In this document: piece after piece, positions 8,935-17,406 of the stretch
How the letters are laid out: each line of letters begins with the position of its first letter
Numbering within the stretch: the stretch's first letter is position 1
Virus record (IMG/VR): IMGVR_UViG_3300031952_000013
Span: 20,861-84,860 of that record
Reading direction: 5' to 3' (one strand)
DNA length: 64,000 nt
DNA from: a virus
Position numbers and translations under genes: made by a program
The notes under the pieces: model-generated
What the model was told of the DNA's origin: nothing
What the model saw: only the letters and a program-made list of their open reading frames with translations
Databases searched by the model: none

Positions 8935-9372
8935 ATGGCAATTCAGAGATTCATCCCCCCGATGATGGGGAGGGGGAAAGGGAGGATTCCCCAGGCCATA
9001 CCTGCTGTGAATATTACGGTTGGAAAGACGGCTAGGTTTCACTTCAATACGGCGGCTATCCTGAGGTATCTTGGTGATAAGACCTGTGTGGAGTATTTCT
9101 TTGATTCAGAAAAGGGGTTTATTGGATTTAAGTTCTACAAAGACAAGATGCCGAATACTTTTACTCTGACCTTGACAAAGGTTGGTACAAGTGCTACTGC
9201 TAGAGTAGTTGCTTCAGCGTCTACGTTTATAGACTACTATGGTTTGAGAGAGCGGTTGAAAATAGCACACAACAGGACATTTGTGTTGTATGTCTCTGAT
9301 GAGGATGCTGATTTGATACTGGGTGATATTAGCGAGGTTATGCATGAAAAAAGCGACAGTGAAGGTACTTGA
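8935..9372 (+). CDS. hypothetical protein
   Basis: 145 aa ORF with AGGAG RBS. Confidence 0.65.
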   Translation: MAIQRFIPPMMGRGKGRIPQAIPAVNITVGKTARFHFNTAAILRYLGDKTCVEYFFDSEKGFIGFKFYKDKMPNTFTLTLTKVGTSATARVVASASTFIDYYGLRERLKIAHNRTFVLYVSDEDADLILGDISEVMHEKSDSEGT

Positions 9373-9547
9373 TTTCATTATTATGTTTGTGATTTTGGTT
9401 CTTATTGCGGTTGGTGTGGTTGGTTTGTTTCCTTTTTATGTGATTCGTAAGGGATTGACTGGAGAAGACACACCAAAGTTAAAAGTAACTATGAAAGGTG
9501 AGGAAGGAGAGGAATCCTTTTCCCCATCGACAGATAAGCCGATGTAG
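9323..9547 (+). CDS. small membrane protein
   Basis: Single long hydrophobic helix. Confidence 0.5.
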   Translation: MILARLCMKKATVKVLDFIIMFVILVLIAVGVVGLFPFYVIRKGLTGEDTPKLKVTMKGEEGEESFSPSTDKPM

Positions 9548-9553
9548 GTCAAT

Positions 9554-10123
9554 GTGAGTGATGGAATTCTTCAGAGAGTTTCTTATGTGGCTGGTAACGA
9601 CGAACTGACTAAGGTATTTGTTGATTACTACCCCAAGGTAACAGCAACTGTAAAGAAACGTCTTGGTGATGATTGTGATTGGGAGGACGTTGTTGGCATC
9701 ATTTTTCTCGATTTGTGTGAGGAGGTTTTATCAGAGAGATTCAAAGGTGATTGCTCCCTGTCCACCTTGCTTTTTGTAATCACTCAAAGGCGAATAGCTG
9801 ACAGATTTCGTCAGAAGTACAAACAGGACAAGGTGATGTCAAGGTGTTCATTGGAGACAGCGGAGCGTTATAGGAGCGAGGATATGGATACAGGAAGATT
9901 TCAGGCATCTGGGATTGGCGTTTCGGAGTTTTATAAGGCGTTGATGAGACAACCTATGCGGAATCAAAATCTATTGGAGGATTATTTTGAGCAGGGTTTA
10001 ACTCGTTATGATTTATCCGAGAGGTATGGTTTGTCCCTGTCGAGAGTTAATTCGATTATCAGTAGGTTTCTACGTGTCATTTCTTATGGAAGAGAGAGGG
10101 TACATGCTAAAGATAATGCTTAA
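9554..10123 (+). CDS. ECF-type RNA polymerase sigma factor
   Basis: Region 2 (EDVV..IFL..FKGDCSLSTLLFVIT.RRIAD.FR) and region 4 HTH (GLT..DLSERYGLSLSRVNSIISR). Confidence 0.8.
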   Translation: MSDGILQRVSYVAGNDELTKVFVDYYPKVTATVKKRLGDDCDWEDVVGIIFLDLCEEVLSERFKGDCSLSTLLFVITQRRIADRFRQKYKQDKVMSRCSLETAERYRSEDMDTGRFQASGIGVSEFYKALMRQPMRNQNLLEDYFEQGLTRYDLSERYGLSLSRVNSIISRFLRVISYGRERVHAKDNA

Positions 10124-10319
10124 AGAGCCGGTCGGAGGGATGATTTCTCAGGGGCAGGCAGCTAGGTCTGCTAATTATCTGGAATCGGAGGGAACAGTGG
10201 AGGAGTTTATAAAGAATGTTGGAGCGGCTGGGACTCCGTGGGTTAAAGGAGTTTCACCTGCGGGTGAGCGTCTTCTGGTTCCTTTAAACAACATAGCTTT
10301 TATCATAGAGGTCAAATAG
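10008..10319 (+). CDS. hypothetical protein (true start probably at the internal MLKIM)
   Basis: ORF between sigma and the next gene. Confidence 0.5.
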   Translation: MIYPRGMVCPCRELIRLSVGFYVSFLMEERGYMLKIMLKEPVGGMISQGQAARSANYLESEGTVEEFIKNVGAAGTPWVKGVSPAGERLLVPLNNIAFIIEVK

Positions 10320-10868
10320 GTGGAAATTAAACACATACTGGAACTTCGGGACGGTGATTTCAATGTTCCCGTCCATGTCTTGAATCCTCACCAGAAGTAT
10401 AGAGGTGAGATTTGTTCCACCCTCAGGGAATATGTTTTTAATCCACTCACAAAGGTTATTTTACTGGTTGGGATGAAGAAGGGCCCTAAACAGTTTCGCT
10501 CGTTGCATATTTCAGAGGCCTCCCTAATTGCGATGGCTATGGAGAAGAGGGGTTATGAGACAATGATTATGGAGCAACCTGAATATGAATTCTTCGGTAG
10601 GGCGACCTGGGAGCCAGGGAGGGTTGTAGGTTTACCAGGAAGTCTGACGGTTGACAAAGGTTGTGGGGCTGTGACTCAGACGTTTGCGTTTGTCGAATCT
10701 ATCCCAGAAGTTCGGTTGCGCAGTATCGCTAGGCTTGTTATGGCTGTCCAAGGTTATTTGGACGCACCTGGTATCGAAATAGAATATGTTTGGTCTACGA
10801 ATTTTGTCGGGGTAAAACAATTAAAATTAATAATTTACGACTATAAGTTTTTGTCACATTCTTCTTGA
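10320..10868 (+). CDS. hypothetical protein
   Basis: 182 aa ORF. Confidence 0.65.
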   Translation: MEIKHILELRDGDFNVPVHVLNPHQKYRGEICSTLREYVFNPLTKVILLVGMKKGPKQFRSLHISEASLIAMAMEKRGYETMIMEQPEYEFFGRATWEPGRVVGLPGSLTVDKGCGAVTQTFAFVESIPEVRLRSIARLVMAVQGYLDAPGIEIEYVWSTNFVGVKQLKLIIYDYKFLSHSS

Positions 10869-10893
10869 CAAGAGGAACTCAAAATCCTATATT
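10865..10893 (+). promoter_or_regulatory. sigma70-type promoter
   Basis: TTGACA (10865-10870), 17 bp spacer, TATATT (10888-10893), upstream of the AAGGAG RBS of 10918. Confidence 0.7.
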
Positions 10894-10917
10894 ATAATTG
10901 TACGAAAGGAGTCAAAC

Positions 10918-11562
10918 GTGGCAGAAAATCTAACTCAGGAGTCTCTTTATTTTTTCCTGTTTAACAAAGCTGTAGATATTACGGCTAGGTCAATGGATTA
11001 TCTCCCGCCCACAAGGATAAAGGAGACGGCTCACGACATCACGGTGGATTTTTTGTTCTTCAGTCAGAGCTATAGGCTGACTTACGATGTATCTAGGGAT
11101 ATAATGCCGTTTTTCTCTTCCTATGTGAGGAAAAAGTTGCGGAGAGCCTGGGAGGTCTTTAATGCAGAGTTGGTTGGGAGCGGCTCCAACTGGAATGGGT
11201 CGGTGGAGAGGGTCCGGGGTTGTTCTAGGGTTGAAACTTGGATTGAATTTAAGGATTGTGTTGAACGGATTAGGAGTTTGGTGAGGGGGAAGGTCTATGA
11301 TGGGGTTTCTGTGGAATCAGTTTTGAAGGCTGGTTTGTATCTCCATGCTGACGAAGGGGTGTTGTCGATTGAGACAGTGTGTAATTACCTGGGTACTTCT
11401 AAGGTAGAGGGGGTTAGAAGCGGTCTCAAATTGATTCAAAGGCTTCTGATTTATTGTCTAGGAGCGTGTGATGAACCGTATTTTTATACAGAAAGGCCCA
11501 AAAGGGTTGGTAGAAAAGGTAACTCAGCAAGCAAAGGAAACGGCAAAGAGTCGGGGGTCTAG
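10918..11562 (+). CDS. hypothetical protein, possibly a divergent sigma-like factor
   Basis: YDVSRDIMPFFSSYVRKKL resembles sigma region 2; possible C-terminal HTH. Confidence 0.5.
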   Translation: MAENLTQESLYFFLFNKAVDITARSMDYLPPTRIKETAHDITVDFLFFSQSYRLTYDVSRDIMPFFSSYVRKKLRRAWEVFNAELVGSGSNWNGSVERVRGCSRVETWIEFKDCVERIRSLVRGKVYDGVSVESVLKAGLYLHADEGVLSIETVCNYLGTSKVEGVRSGLKLIQRLLIYCLGACDEPYFYTERPKRVGRKGNSASKGNGKESGV

Positions 11563-12262
11563 GTTTTGCTTTGACGCGTCTGATTTTTCGTGTTGGTTAG
11601 GTGAATGGCGAGATAAACTCAAAAGTTACGTTGAGTTCTCCCATCCAGGGGATATCTTTGTGGTGAATGTTGCTGGATTTGGTGAGGAACACTTTGCTTT
11701 GTTGTTAAAGAGTCTTGAAAGCCTTACAGTGGGGGAGTTTTGGTTGTATGGGCGGCTTCTTGCATCATATCCGTTAACTGTTCGCAGTCGTTGTCAAGTG
11801 ACTTTAGACCAAGAAGAAGGGGAAGTGGATATGGTGGGACTCCAGTTGGTTCTTGATGAAGTGAAAGCCATGAAGAAGTTGGATTCGGCATCCAAAGATG
11901 TTCCTAGGGCCGAATTTTTTGTCCCCTACTTATATAATCTTGGTCATTATGACACGTCGATGGCTGTTGCGATGGTGCTTCTGAAGGCGTCCTTTGTAGA
12001 TTTTTTGTATATGTTGGATGTGTCGAATTTGTCTTCATTTTCGGCACTGATGAGTTTTGCTGAAAGACTTAAAGATGAGAACGCGGTACTCAATCTATAT
12101 GAGGAATGGCTCGCTGAAAATCCTATTTTTAGTGAGAAGGAATTGCGAATTTGTCCTGCGATTCACGACCCTAAAATCAAGGCGGATTTGGACAATAAAT
12201 TGGTGCTTGGTAAATTTTTTGTTCCGTATTTAATCTGCGCCAAAATGGTCAAGTCGAAATGA
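11468..12262 (+). CDS. holB: DNA polymerase III delta-prime-like clamp loader subunit
   Basis: ALLLKSLE ... PLTVRSRCQ (SRC motif), no intact Walker A. Confidence 0.65.
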   Translation: MMNRIFIQKGPKGLVEKVTQQAKETAKSRGSRFCFDASDFSCWLGEWRDKLKSYVEFSHPGDIFVVNVAGFGEEHFALLLKSLESLTVGEFWLYGRLLASYPLTVRSRCQVTLDQEEGEVDMVGLQLVLDEVKAMKKLDSASKDVPRAEFFVPYLYNLGHYDTSMAVAMVLLKASFVDFLYMLDVSNLSSFSALMSFAERLKDENAVLNLYEEWLAENPIFSEKELRICPAIHDPKIKADLDNKLVLGKFFVPYLICAKMVKSK

Positions 12263-13218
12263 CGTATAGAAGATTCCTCACCGATTTCGATGTACAGTTA
12301 CGCACTAAGTCTGTGTGGCTAATTGAAGGGGGGGAAGAAATAGTGCGAAGTGACGCTCTTTATATTCTGAAAAAGAAGTTTCAGCACCCACTGGCTAGAA
12401 TAAAGACGAAGTTGCCTTTGCAGTATCGGGAAGTGACCTATCACCTGTCGGATATAGTGAATTTGCCGACTGCTGTATCGACTGAATCGGCTTTTACCCT
12501 GACTGTAATACGATGGGAGAAGGGGTTATTGAACGAGAAGGAGACTAAACTGTTCCTTCGTGGGTGCAGGGATTCAAAATACTGGTTTGCAATTGTTGAT
12601 GCGACGGGAGAGGTTGGTAAAGTTTTTAAAGAAGTGTTTCCAAAACTCTCAAAGGGGGTTTCTGTTGACTGTAGGAAGATTTCAGAGGATGAGGAGTCAA
12701 AAAAGTCTCTGGTGTCTAGGAGGCTGGGGATTGTTGGCGCGAGTCCGAATGAGGATGTGATTAAATACCTTGCATCGGGTGATGAGATTTACGGAGGGTG
12801 GTTGTTTAACATTTTTTATATCCTAGAGGCTCTTAAAGAACCGAAGGTAGATGTTGATATGCTTAGGAAGCACAGTCTGATGGTTCCTAACATCGAATAT
12901 TATTTGATGAAAACACTTCTTGACAAAGGTAAGTTGGCTTTTTTGTCACTCCCGACGATTGATTATGACGATGGAAAGCTATTACGGTGTATTATAAGAG
13001 AGTTAATTTTAATACTGAATTGCAAGACGGTTCGTGGGAATAGCGACCAGAAGAAGTGCGGTATGGTTGGACTTCCCTATATGACGTTTTTGGCGTATAA
13101 AGACAAGTTAAAGAAAGTTGACTTGTTGCTTCTTTACCGTAGGTTGTATCTGACTTTCAAGACGCTTCGTTATGGAGGCCTCAAGGGGTCGGTGCTTTTA
13201 TTGTTGTCTATGTGGTAG
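12259..13218 (+). CDS. holA: DNA polymerase III delta-like clamp loader subunit
   Basis: N-terminal VWLIEGGEE, 319 aa, HolA-like C-terminal helical pattern (GLPYM..AY..KLKK..L..TLRYG); coupled to the holB-like gene. Confidence 0.6.
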   Translation: MTYRRFLTDFDVQLRTKSVWLIEGGEEIVRSDALYILKKKFQHPLARIKTKLPLQYREVTYHLSDIVNLPTAVSTESAFTLTVIRWEKGLLNEKETKLFLRGCRDSKYWFAIVDATGEVGKVFKEVFPKLSKGVSVDCRKISEDEESKKSLVSRRLGIVGASPNEDVIKYLASGDEIYGGWLFNIFYILEALKEPKVDVDMLRKHSLMVPNIEYYLMKTLLDKGKLAFLSLPTIDYDDGKLLRCIIRELILILNCKTVRGNSDQKKCGMVGLPYMTFLAYKDKLKKVDLLLLYRRLYLTFKTLRYGGLKGSVLLLLSMW

Positions 13219-13227
13219 GAGGTAAAT

Positions 13228-13488
13228 ATGATGGGTATGCATCCGGTAACTAAGAAATTACTGTGTGATTTGAACTGTCATGTCTGTGGAGGGTGGAAAA
13301 AACAGGGTTGTATTATGGTTGGAGGTATGGTCACTATGGCTTTTGCTTATTTCAGATGTGTCGCCGAAGGGATTACAGTGGATAAGGTTGGGCATCCTAT
13401 TGAGTTTTGGGCTGACAATCTTGAGTTGAGTAAGGATACCTGTCCTACTACTGACTATATTTTATACGACAGGGAGGTAATAAATTGA
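13228..13488 (+). CDS. hypothetical protein
   Basis: AGGAGG RBS. Confidence 0.55.
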   Translation: MMGMHPVTKKLLCDLNCHVCGGWKKQGCIMVGGMVTMAFAYFRCVAEGITVDKVGHPIEFWADNLELSKDTCPTTDYILYDREVIN

Positions 13489-13561
13489 GTTTTGGGGGTT
13501 GTAGGGGGTATATGAATTGTTGTGTCACAAAAGAGTTTATAATAGAAGAAGGGGCGTCGGT

Positions 13562-13777
13562 ATGGAAATAAAAGCGTGTCCTTTTTGCGGAGAGAAGATA
13601 AAATTCTCAGTTAGGCACTTTGATGCGAGTCTTGTTAGTCAGGCTGAATTAGTAGAGTGGCCTGATTGGATGGTGGTGATTACGTGCGGAAATTGTGGGG
13701 CACAGGGTCCTTTAAAAGTGTGTACTGAGGAGGAGGCAGTAAAGGTTTGGAATGAAAGAGAAATGTCGGTTTTGTGA
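13562..13777 (+). CDS. Lar-family restriction alleviation-like Zn protein
   Basis: IKACPFCG ... CGNCGAQGP ... EEEAVKVWNER. Confidence 0.75.
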   Translation: MEIKACPFCGEKIKFSVRHFDASLVSQAELVEWPDWMVVITCGNCGAQGPLKVCTEEEAVKVWNEREMSVL

Positions 13778-13934
13778 CGGAACAGGTACATTTAGTATGA
13801 CTATGACAGACACCAACGGAGAAAACAAGGACATACACTTGGCTTGTCCTGCCTGTGGGGGGTCAGGCCAAGTTCCCAAGAGAAGTCAAGATAATCCGTT
13901 TCAGTCCAGGGTTGGAAAGTTGACATTGGATTAG
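13752..13934 (+). CDS. DnaJ-type CxxCxGxG Zn-finger protein
   Basis: CRFCDGTG ... CPACGGSG. Confidence 0.65.
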   Translation: MKEKCRFCDGTGTFSMTMTDTNGENKDIHLACPACGGSGQVPKRSQDNPFQSRVGKLTLD

Positions 13935-13960
13935 AATAGGTGAGAGGATAGAAACTCATC

Positions 13961-14167
13961 TTGGAGAGCGCGATGTCATCAACCAAAACGTATACTGATT
14001 CTTTGATAAAGACGGATTTTCATCATCTTCCTCTTTGCCTCCTTCCCAAATGGAGGGTGACAGGGGATGAGTTAAAACATTTTCTGGAGGAATTCCCTAA
14101 AACCGAGTATTCTGTGGAATTCCTGGTTAAGTTTTTAGAGGCTCATGGTTGTGAGGTAGACAGGTGA
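13961..14167 (+). CDS. hypothetical protein
   Basis: ORF. Confidence 0.45.
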   Translation: MESAMSSTKTYTDSLIKTDFHHLPLCLLPKWRVTGDELKHFLEEFPKTEYSVEFLVKFLEAHGCEVDR

Positions 14168-14288
14168 GCCGGAAAAAGTTAAATAGGAAGAAAAAAATAT
14201 TGAATAAAAAGAAACTGACAAGCCGTAGGGTAGGTAAGCAAATGGTATGGTGGAAACTAGATTCACTGCCTGAATCTTCACCTTATTT

Positions 14289-14546
14289 TTGGGTATGAAG
14301 ATGAGTCCTGATATTACTATGTGTCTAGAGAAGAAGTGTCCGATAAAGAGAAAATGCTATCGTCATATAGCAAAACCGGATAAGTGGCAGTCGTATTTTG
14401 TGGAAGTTCACTTTGAAAAGGGTCTTGGGAAGTCGGGAAAATGTGAATATTTTTGGGATGTTACGAAAGAAGGGGACCCGGTGCCGTACTGTACCGACTG
14501 CGGAGCGATAGAGCCGGAGGAAATTGAGGAGGAGGAAGATGAGTAA
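14289..14546 (+). CDS. Cys-rich hypothetical phage protein
   Basis: DITMC....CPIK..CYR ... QSYF ... CEYF. Confidence 0.65.
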   Translation: MGMKMSPDITMCLEKKCPIKRKCYRHIAKPDKWQSYFVEVHFEKGLGKSGKCEYFWDVTKEGDPVPYCTDCGAIEPEEIEEEEDE

Positions 14547-14760
14547 AATAATTGGAAGGTTACTTTGGTTTTTAAGTAAACATCATCTTTGGAAACGACC
14601 CACCGGTAGCATGGGGATAGGAGGAGAACCCACCTACGGATATGGGAAATTGTCTGATAATGGATATTGGCAATTTCCTGTGTATCCCCAAAAACGGGAG
14701 TCCCCCGATGACTGTCCCCGCAAACAAGGGGTGAAGGAGGAGAAAGATGAGCAAGCCTGA
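14524..14760 (+). CDS. hypothetical protein (cassette array)
   Basis: ORF with GGAGG RBS. Confidence 0.55.
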   Translation: MRRRKMSKIIGRLLWFLSKHHLWKRPTGSMGIGGEPTYGYGKLSDNGYWQFPVYPQKRESPDDCPRKQGVKEEKDEQA

Positions 14761-14962
14761 ATTTTGGTGGTGTGTGAAATCATTTGACAGATTGGTTCTC
14801 GAAAGTGTCCGTCGAACAAGAAAAATAGCCCTTGCAGACCGTATCGGAGAATGGAAAAAACAGGGGTACGCATGGACCACAAAAATCAAATTACCCGGCA
14901 ATGAGTCTATCGTCCGCATCCGCGTTGAGGAAGTGGGGAGGAAGAAAATTCCTAATGAGTAA
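14747..14962 (+). CDS. hypothetical protein, MSKPE start (cassette array)
   Basis: Starts with the repeated junction motif ATGAGCAAGCCTGA. Confidence 0.6.
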   Translation: MSKPEFWWCVKSFDRLVLESVRRTRKIALADRIGEWKKQGYAWTTKIKLPGNESIVRIRVEEVGRKKIPNE

Positions 14963-15113
14963 ACCATACAGTAATTCTAACTGGCATTGGTTTCTTTGGT
15001 TAATGGGTCAGTCCTTTAAATTCGCAAAGGTAGCATTTCAAATGCTTTTTAATGGTGGAGCGCGCGTGAAAGGAACCCGCCGATGACTGACCCGAGCAAG
15101 AGGGAGGAGGAGA

Positions 15114-15278
15114 ATGATGATTGAATTATCCTGCAATTGTGATGAATGTAAAAAGCGGTTGGGTGATGGAGATGCGGTTTATTGTGAAACCTGCGTAGCC
15201 GAACTTCGGCGGGAAATCGATGAACTGCAAAATGAGATTATCAAACTGAAAGAGGCCACTGATGAGCAGGCCGACTGA
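15114..15278 (+). CDS. Zn-finger plus coiled-coil protein (not in the ORF track)
   Basis: MMIELSCNCDEC...CETC...EIDELQNEIIKLKEATDEQAD; GGAGGAG RBS. Confidence 0.6.
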   Translation: MMIELSCNCDECKKRLGDGDAVYCETCVAELRREIDELQNEIIKLKEATDEQAD

Positions 15279-15522
15279 CCCGAGCGAGAAGGATTTGCTG
15301 GAATTCCTTGATGGGCATAAACCCATAGGGAAACAAAATCCCGACCATGTTTGCTTCGACGCCATCCGCCGCCTGATCGAGGAGCAGAGGGAGTTGGAAG
15401 AGAAAGTGAAAGAGTGGCAAAAAAGGGCGACAAGTATTATGGACGACCTGGACACGTCCGATTCGAGCGGCGTTCTTCTTAATGACATCCGCGACTTCGA
15501 CTTCGGGAAGGGGGGGAAATAA
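15262..15522 (+). CDS. cassette protein (IRRLIE / IRDFDFG family)
   Basis: Shares motifs with 16333..16659 and 16652..16939. Confidence 0.7.
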   Translation: MSRPTDPSEKDLLEFLDGHKPIGKQNPDHVCFDAIRRLIEEQRELEEKVKEWQKRATSIMDDLDTSDSSGVLLNDIRDFDFGKGGK

Positions 15523-15524
15523 AC

Positions 15525-15722
15525 ATGCCGATCTCAAGAGTAGAGTTTCTGGAAAATCAGAAGAATCTATGCAAGGAGAAGATCTATCCGTTTTTCATGC
15601 CCGGAAATGGGATTTGTTTCCGGTGCGGACGGGACATCATTCCAAGACTGATTGAAAAAGGCGAGAACGGGAAGTCGCTCGTGACCGGATGCCCGTTATG
15701 TATGTATTCATATTGCGAATAA
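15525..15722 (+). CDS. Cys-rich protein, paralog of 1693..1911
   Basis: Shared motifs throughout. Confidence 0.75.
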   Translation: MPISRVEFLENQKNLCKEKIYPFFMPGNGICFRCGRDIIPRLIEKGENGKSLVTGCPLCMYSYCE

Positions 15723-15748
15723 AAGAGGCCGCCGATGACCAAGCCTGA

Positions 15749-15958
15749 TTGCATCGGCAATGGGAGGGAAAGATGAAGGCCGTTTTATGTCCGGTTTGTT
15801 GTGGACGAGGAACGATTCCATCCCAACCCGTTGGGGTAAGTTTAACCGAAAATAAATGTCCTGGGTGTGGGGGTTTGGGATGGGTGACCGTTCCCGATGA
15901 TCTTTGGACTATGCCTTATCCAAAACAAAAGGAAAAAGATGATGATCCCAAAATATAA
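15749..15958 (+). CDS. CxxCxGxG Zn-finger protein
   Basis: CPVCCGRG ... CPGCGGLGWV. Confidence 0.65.
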   Translation: MHRQWEGKMKAVLCPVCCGRGTIPSQPVGVSLTENKCPGCGGLGWVTVPDDLWTMPYPKQKEKDDDPKI

Positions 15959-16118
15959 CCGCCTTTCCACCCTCGCCTGGGCCATCATCTTCCTCGCCGC
16001 GCTGTGGCTCTGCCTGGTTGCGATTCCGCAATTTACTGACAGGATTAGCCGCCATGAGGACACCTGGGCGAGGCAGACGGGGGATATTCCATCGGTGAAA
16101 TTAAGTGAGGAGGATTGA
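15897..16118 (+). CDS. small membrane protein
   Basis: Hydrophobic helix LAWAIIFLAALWLCLVAI. Confidence 0.45.
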   Translation: MIFGLCLIQNKRKKMMIPKYNRLSTLAWAIIFLAALWLCLVAIPQFTDRISRHEDTWARQTGDIPSVKLSEED

Positions 16119-16305
16119 GATGTGGTGCTGCAAATGTCAGAAGCAATTATCTGAGTGTACGTGTTCCGACCTACAAGAAAGACTCAGATCGGTTGCGGCA
16201 ATGGGTTCATTCGTATATCGCTACTGCCGGAAGTGCGGCAAGCATTATGTCAAGTGCAAATGTTCCGAGCCGATTTGGGCGATCAAGAAAAACGCCGATG
16301 GGTAA
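16105..16305 (+). CDS. Cys-rich protein
   Basis: Two CxxC...CxC units. Confidence 0.6.
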   Translation: MRRIEMWCCKCQKQLSECTCSDLQERLRSVAAMGSFVYRYCRKCGKHYVKCKCSEPIWAIKKNADG

Positions 16306-16332
16306 TAAGGTGAGCCATGAATGAGGCCGCCG

Positions 16333-16659
16333 ATGAGCAAGCCTGAAGTGACGAGGAAGGAAATGCTGGATGTACTTGAACGCATAGAAGATGAGACAAG
16401 GGACGAAATTCGGGTTATCAAAAAAGGGGAATGGGCAGAAACCCGGCTTCCGCTTATGGAAGAGAGAATAAGAGCCGTCGCAAGCCTCCGCCGCCTCATC
16501 AAGAATGGGCCGGAGGTGACGACCGAAGAAAGATTTGTCAGACATATCGAGAGTCACTTGTCAGGCAACCAAATTCCTGTCTGCAAAATATGTGGCAAAA
16601 CTATCTTGGAAATAGACGGTGAGGCCGGGGTGACGGTGAAGGAGACCGCCGATGAGTGA
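16333..16659 (+). CDS. cassette protein (MSKPE / LRRLI / GPEV / EAGV.VKE)
   Basis: Begins at the junction motif; shares motifs with its neighbours. Confidence 0.7.
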   Translation: MSKPEVTRKEMLDVLERIEDETRDEIRVIKKGEWAETRLPLMEERIRAVASLRRLIKNGPEVTTEERFVRHIESHLSGNQIPVCKICGKTILEIDGEAGVTVKETADE

Positions 16660-16939
16660 GCTGGGGGAGAAGAAAATGCTGAAGCCCATTGAGAAAGCGA
16701 TCCTATATCTCAACCATGTAAAAAATTGGTCAACACATGGACCAGCGGATATGAATGTAGGAGTTCTGGCAGTAGAATTAGGACGTTCATATGATACCAT
16801 CCGCCGCCTCGTTGAGAAGTAGGGGGAATGGCAAAAGAAAGCAGGCATGATTCTCTCTGTTCATAGAACCATGACTGAAGAAGAAACCGACGATTTACTT
16901 GAGAAAATCCGCGACTTCGACTTAGGCAAGGAAGGATAG
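16652..16939 (+). pseudogene. cassette gene interrupted by an in-frame TAG (16820-16822)
   Basis: Frame continues past the TAG as GEWQKKA...IRDFDLGKEG, matching the C-terminus of 15262..15522. Confidence 0.75.
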
Positions 16940-17155
16940 ATGAGCGCCAAGAACCGGCGGCGGGGGAAGGGACCGGAGGTGGATGAGGATTGGATAGAGA
17001 AGTGGCTGGACAAGAACGTTTCTTGTGACTGTCACGAAGCGTATAAATTGAGAAAGATGACTGACCCGAATTGCTTCCGGCACGGTCGAGTCGATGATGT
17101 CGATTGGAGGATAATGCTCCGCGAGGCCGGGATAAGGGTAAAGGAGAAGAAATGA
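16940..17155 (+). CDS. cassette protein (GPEV ... EAGIRVKE)
   Basis: Shares terminal motifs with 16333..16659. Confidence 0.6.
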   Translation: MSAKNRRRGKGPEVDEDWIEKWLDKNVSCDCHEAYKLRKMTDPNCFRHGRVDDVDWRIMLREAGIRVKEKK

Positions 17156-17406
17156 AAATGAACCCTCCTGCTCAGGCTATGATTAAGGTGATTGATGAGC
17201 AGATTGAGGCTTGTTCTCCTTACCAACTCAAGGAGAGGATTATGTGGGGCAGCATCAAACAGACCGTGAAAGCTGTAGAGGGTTGGAAGATAATTCTAGA
17301 AAGGGTGGATTTTAGCATCCTTCCGTGGAAAGAGACGGATGCGTTTTTAGCGAGGATACGTAATTTTTTAGAGGGTACGTGTGTGGCTATGGAGGGCAAG
17401 AAATGA
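17104..17406 (+). CDS. hypothetical protein (true start probably ~17152)
   Basis: ORF coupled to its neighbours. Confidence 0.55.
   Translation: MEDNAPRGRDKGKGEEMKMNPPAQAMIKVIDEQIEACSPYQLKERIMWGSIKQTVKAVEGWKIILERVDFSILPWKETDAFLARIRNFLEGTCVAMEGKK

Larger units (their letters stand above)
14728..17155 (+). repeat. dispersed junction and coding motifs of a small-gene cassette array
   Basis: GAG(G/A)CC(G/A)C(C/T)GATGA at 15252, 15725, 16323, 16642 (partial at 15077); GACTGACCCGAGC x2; TCCGCCGCCT x3; ATCCGCGACTTCGACTT x2. Confidence 0.8.

Noticed and set aside
16820-16822. Genome-wide TAG reassignment
   Set aside because: Long conserved genes are not fragmented, and several end properly at TAG (e.g. 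43971, 54491)
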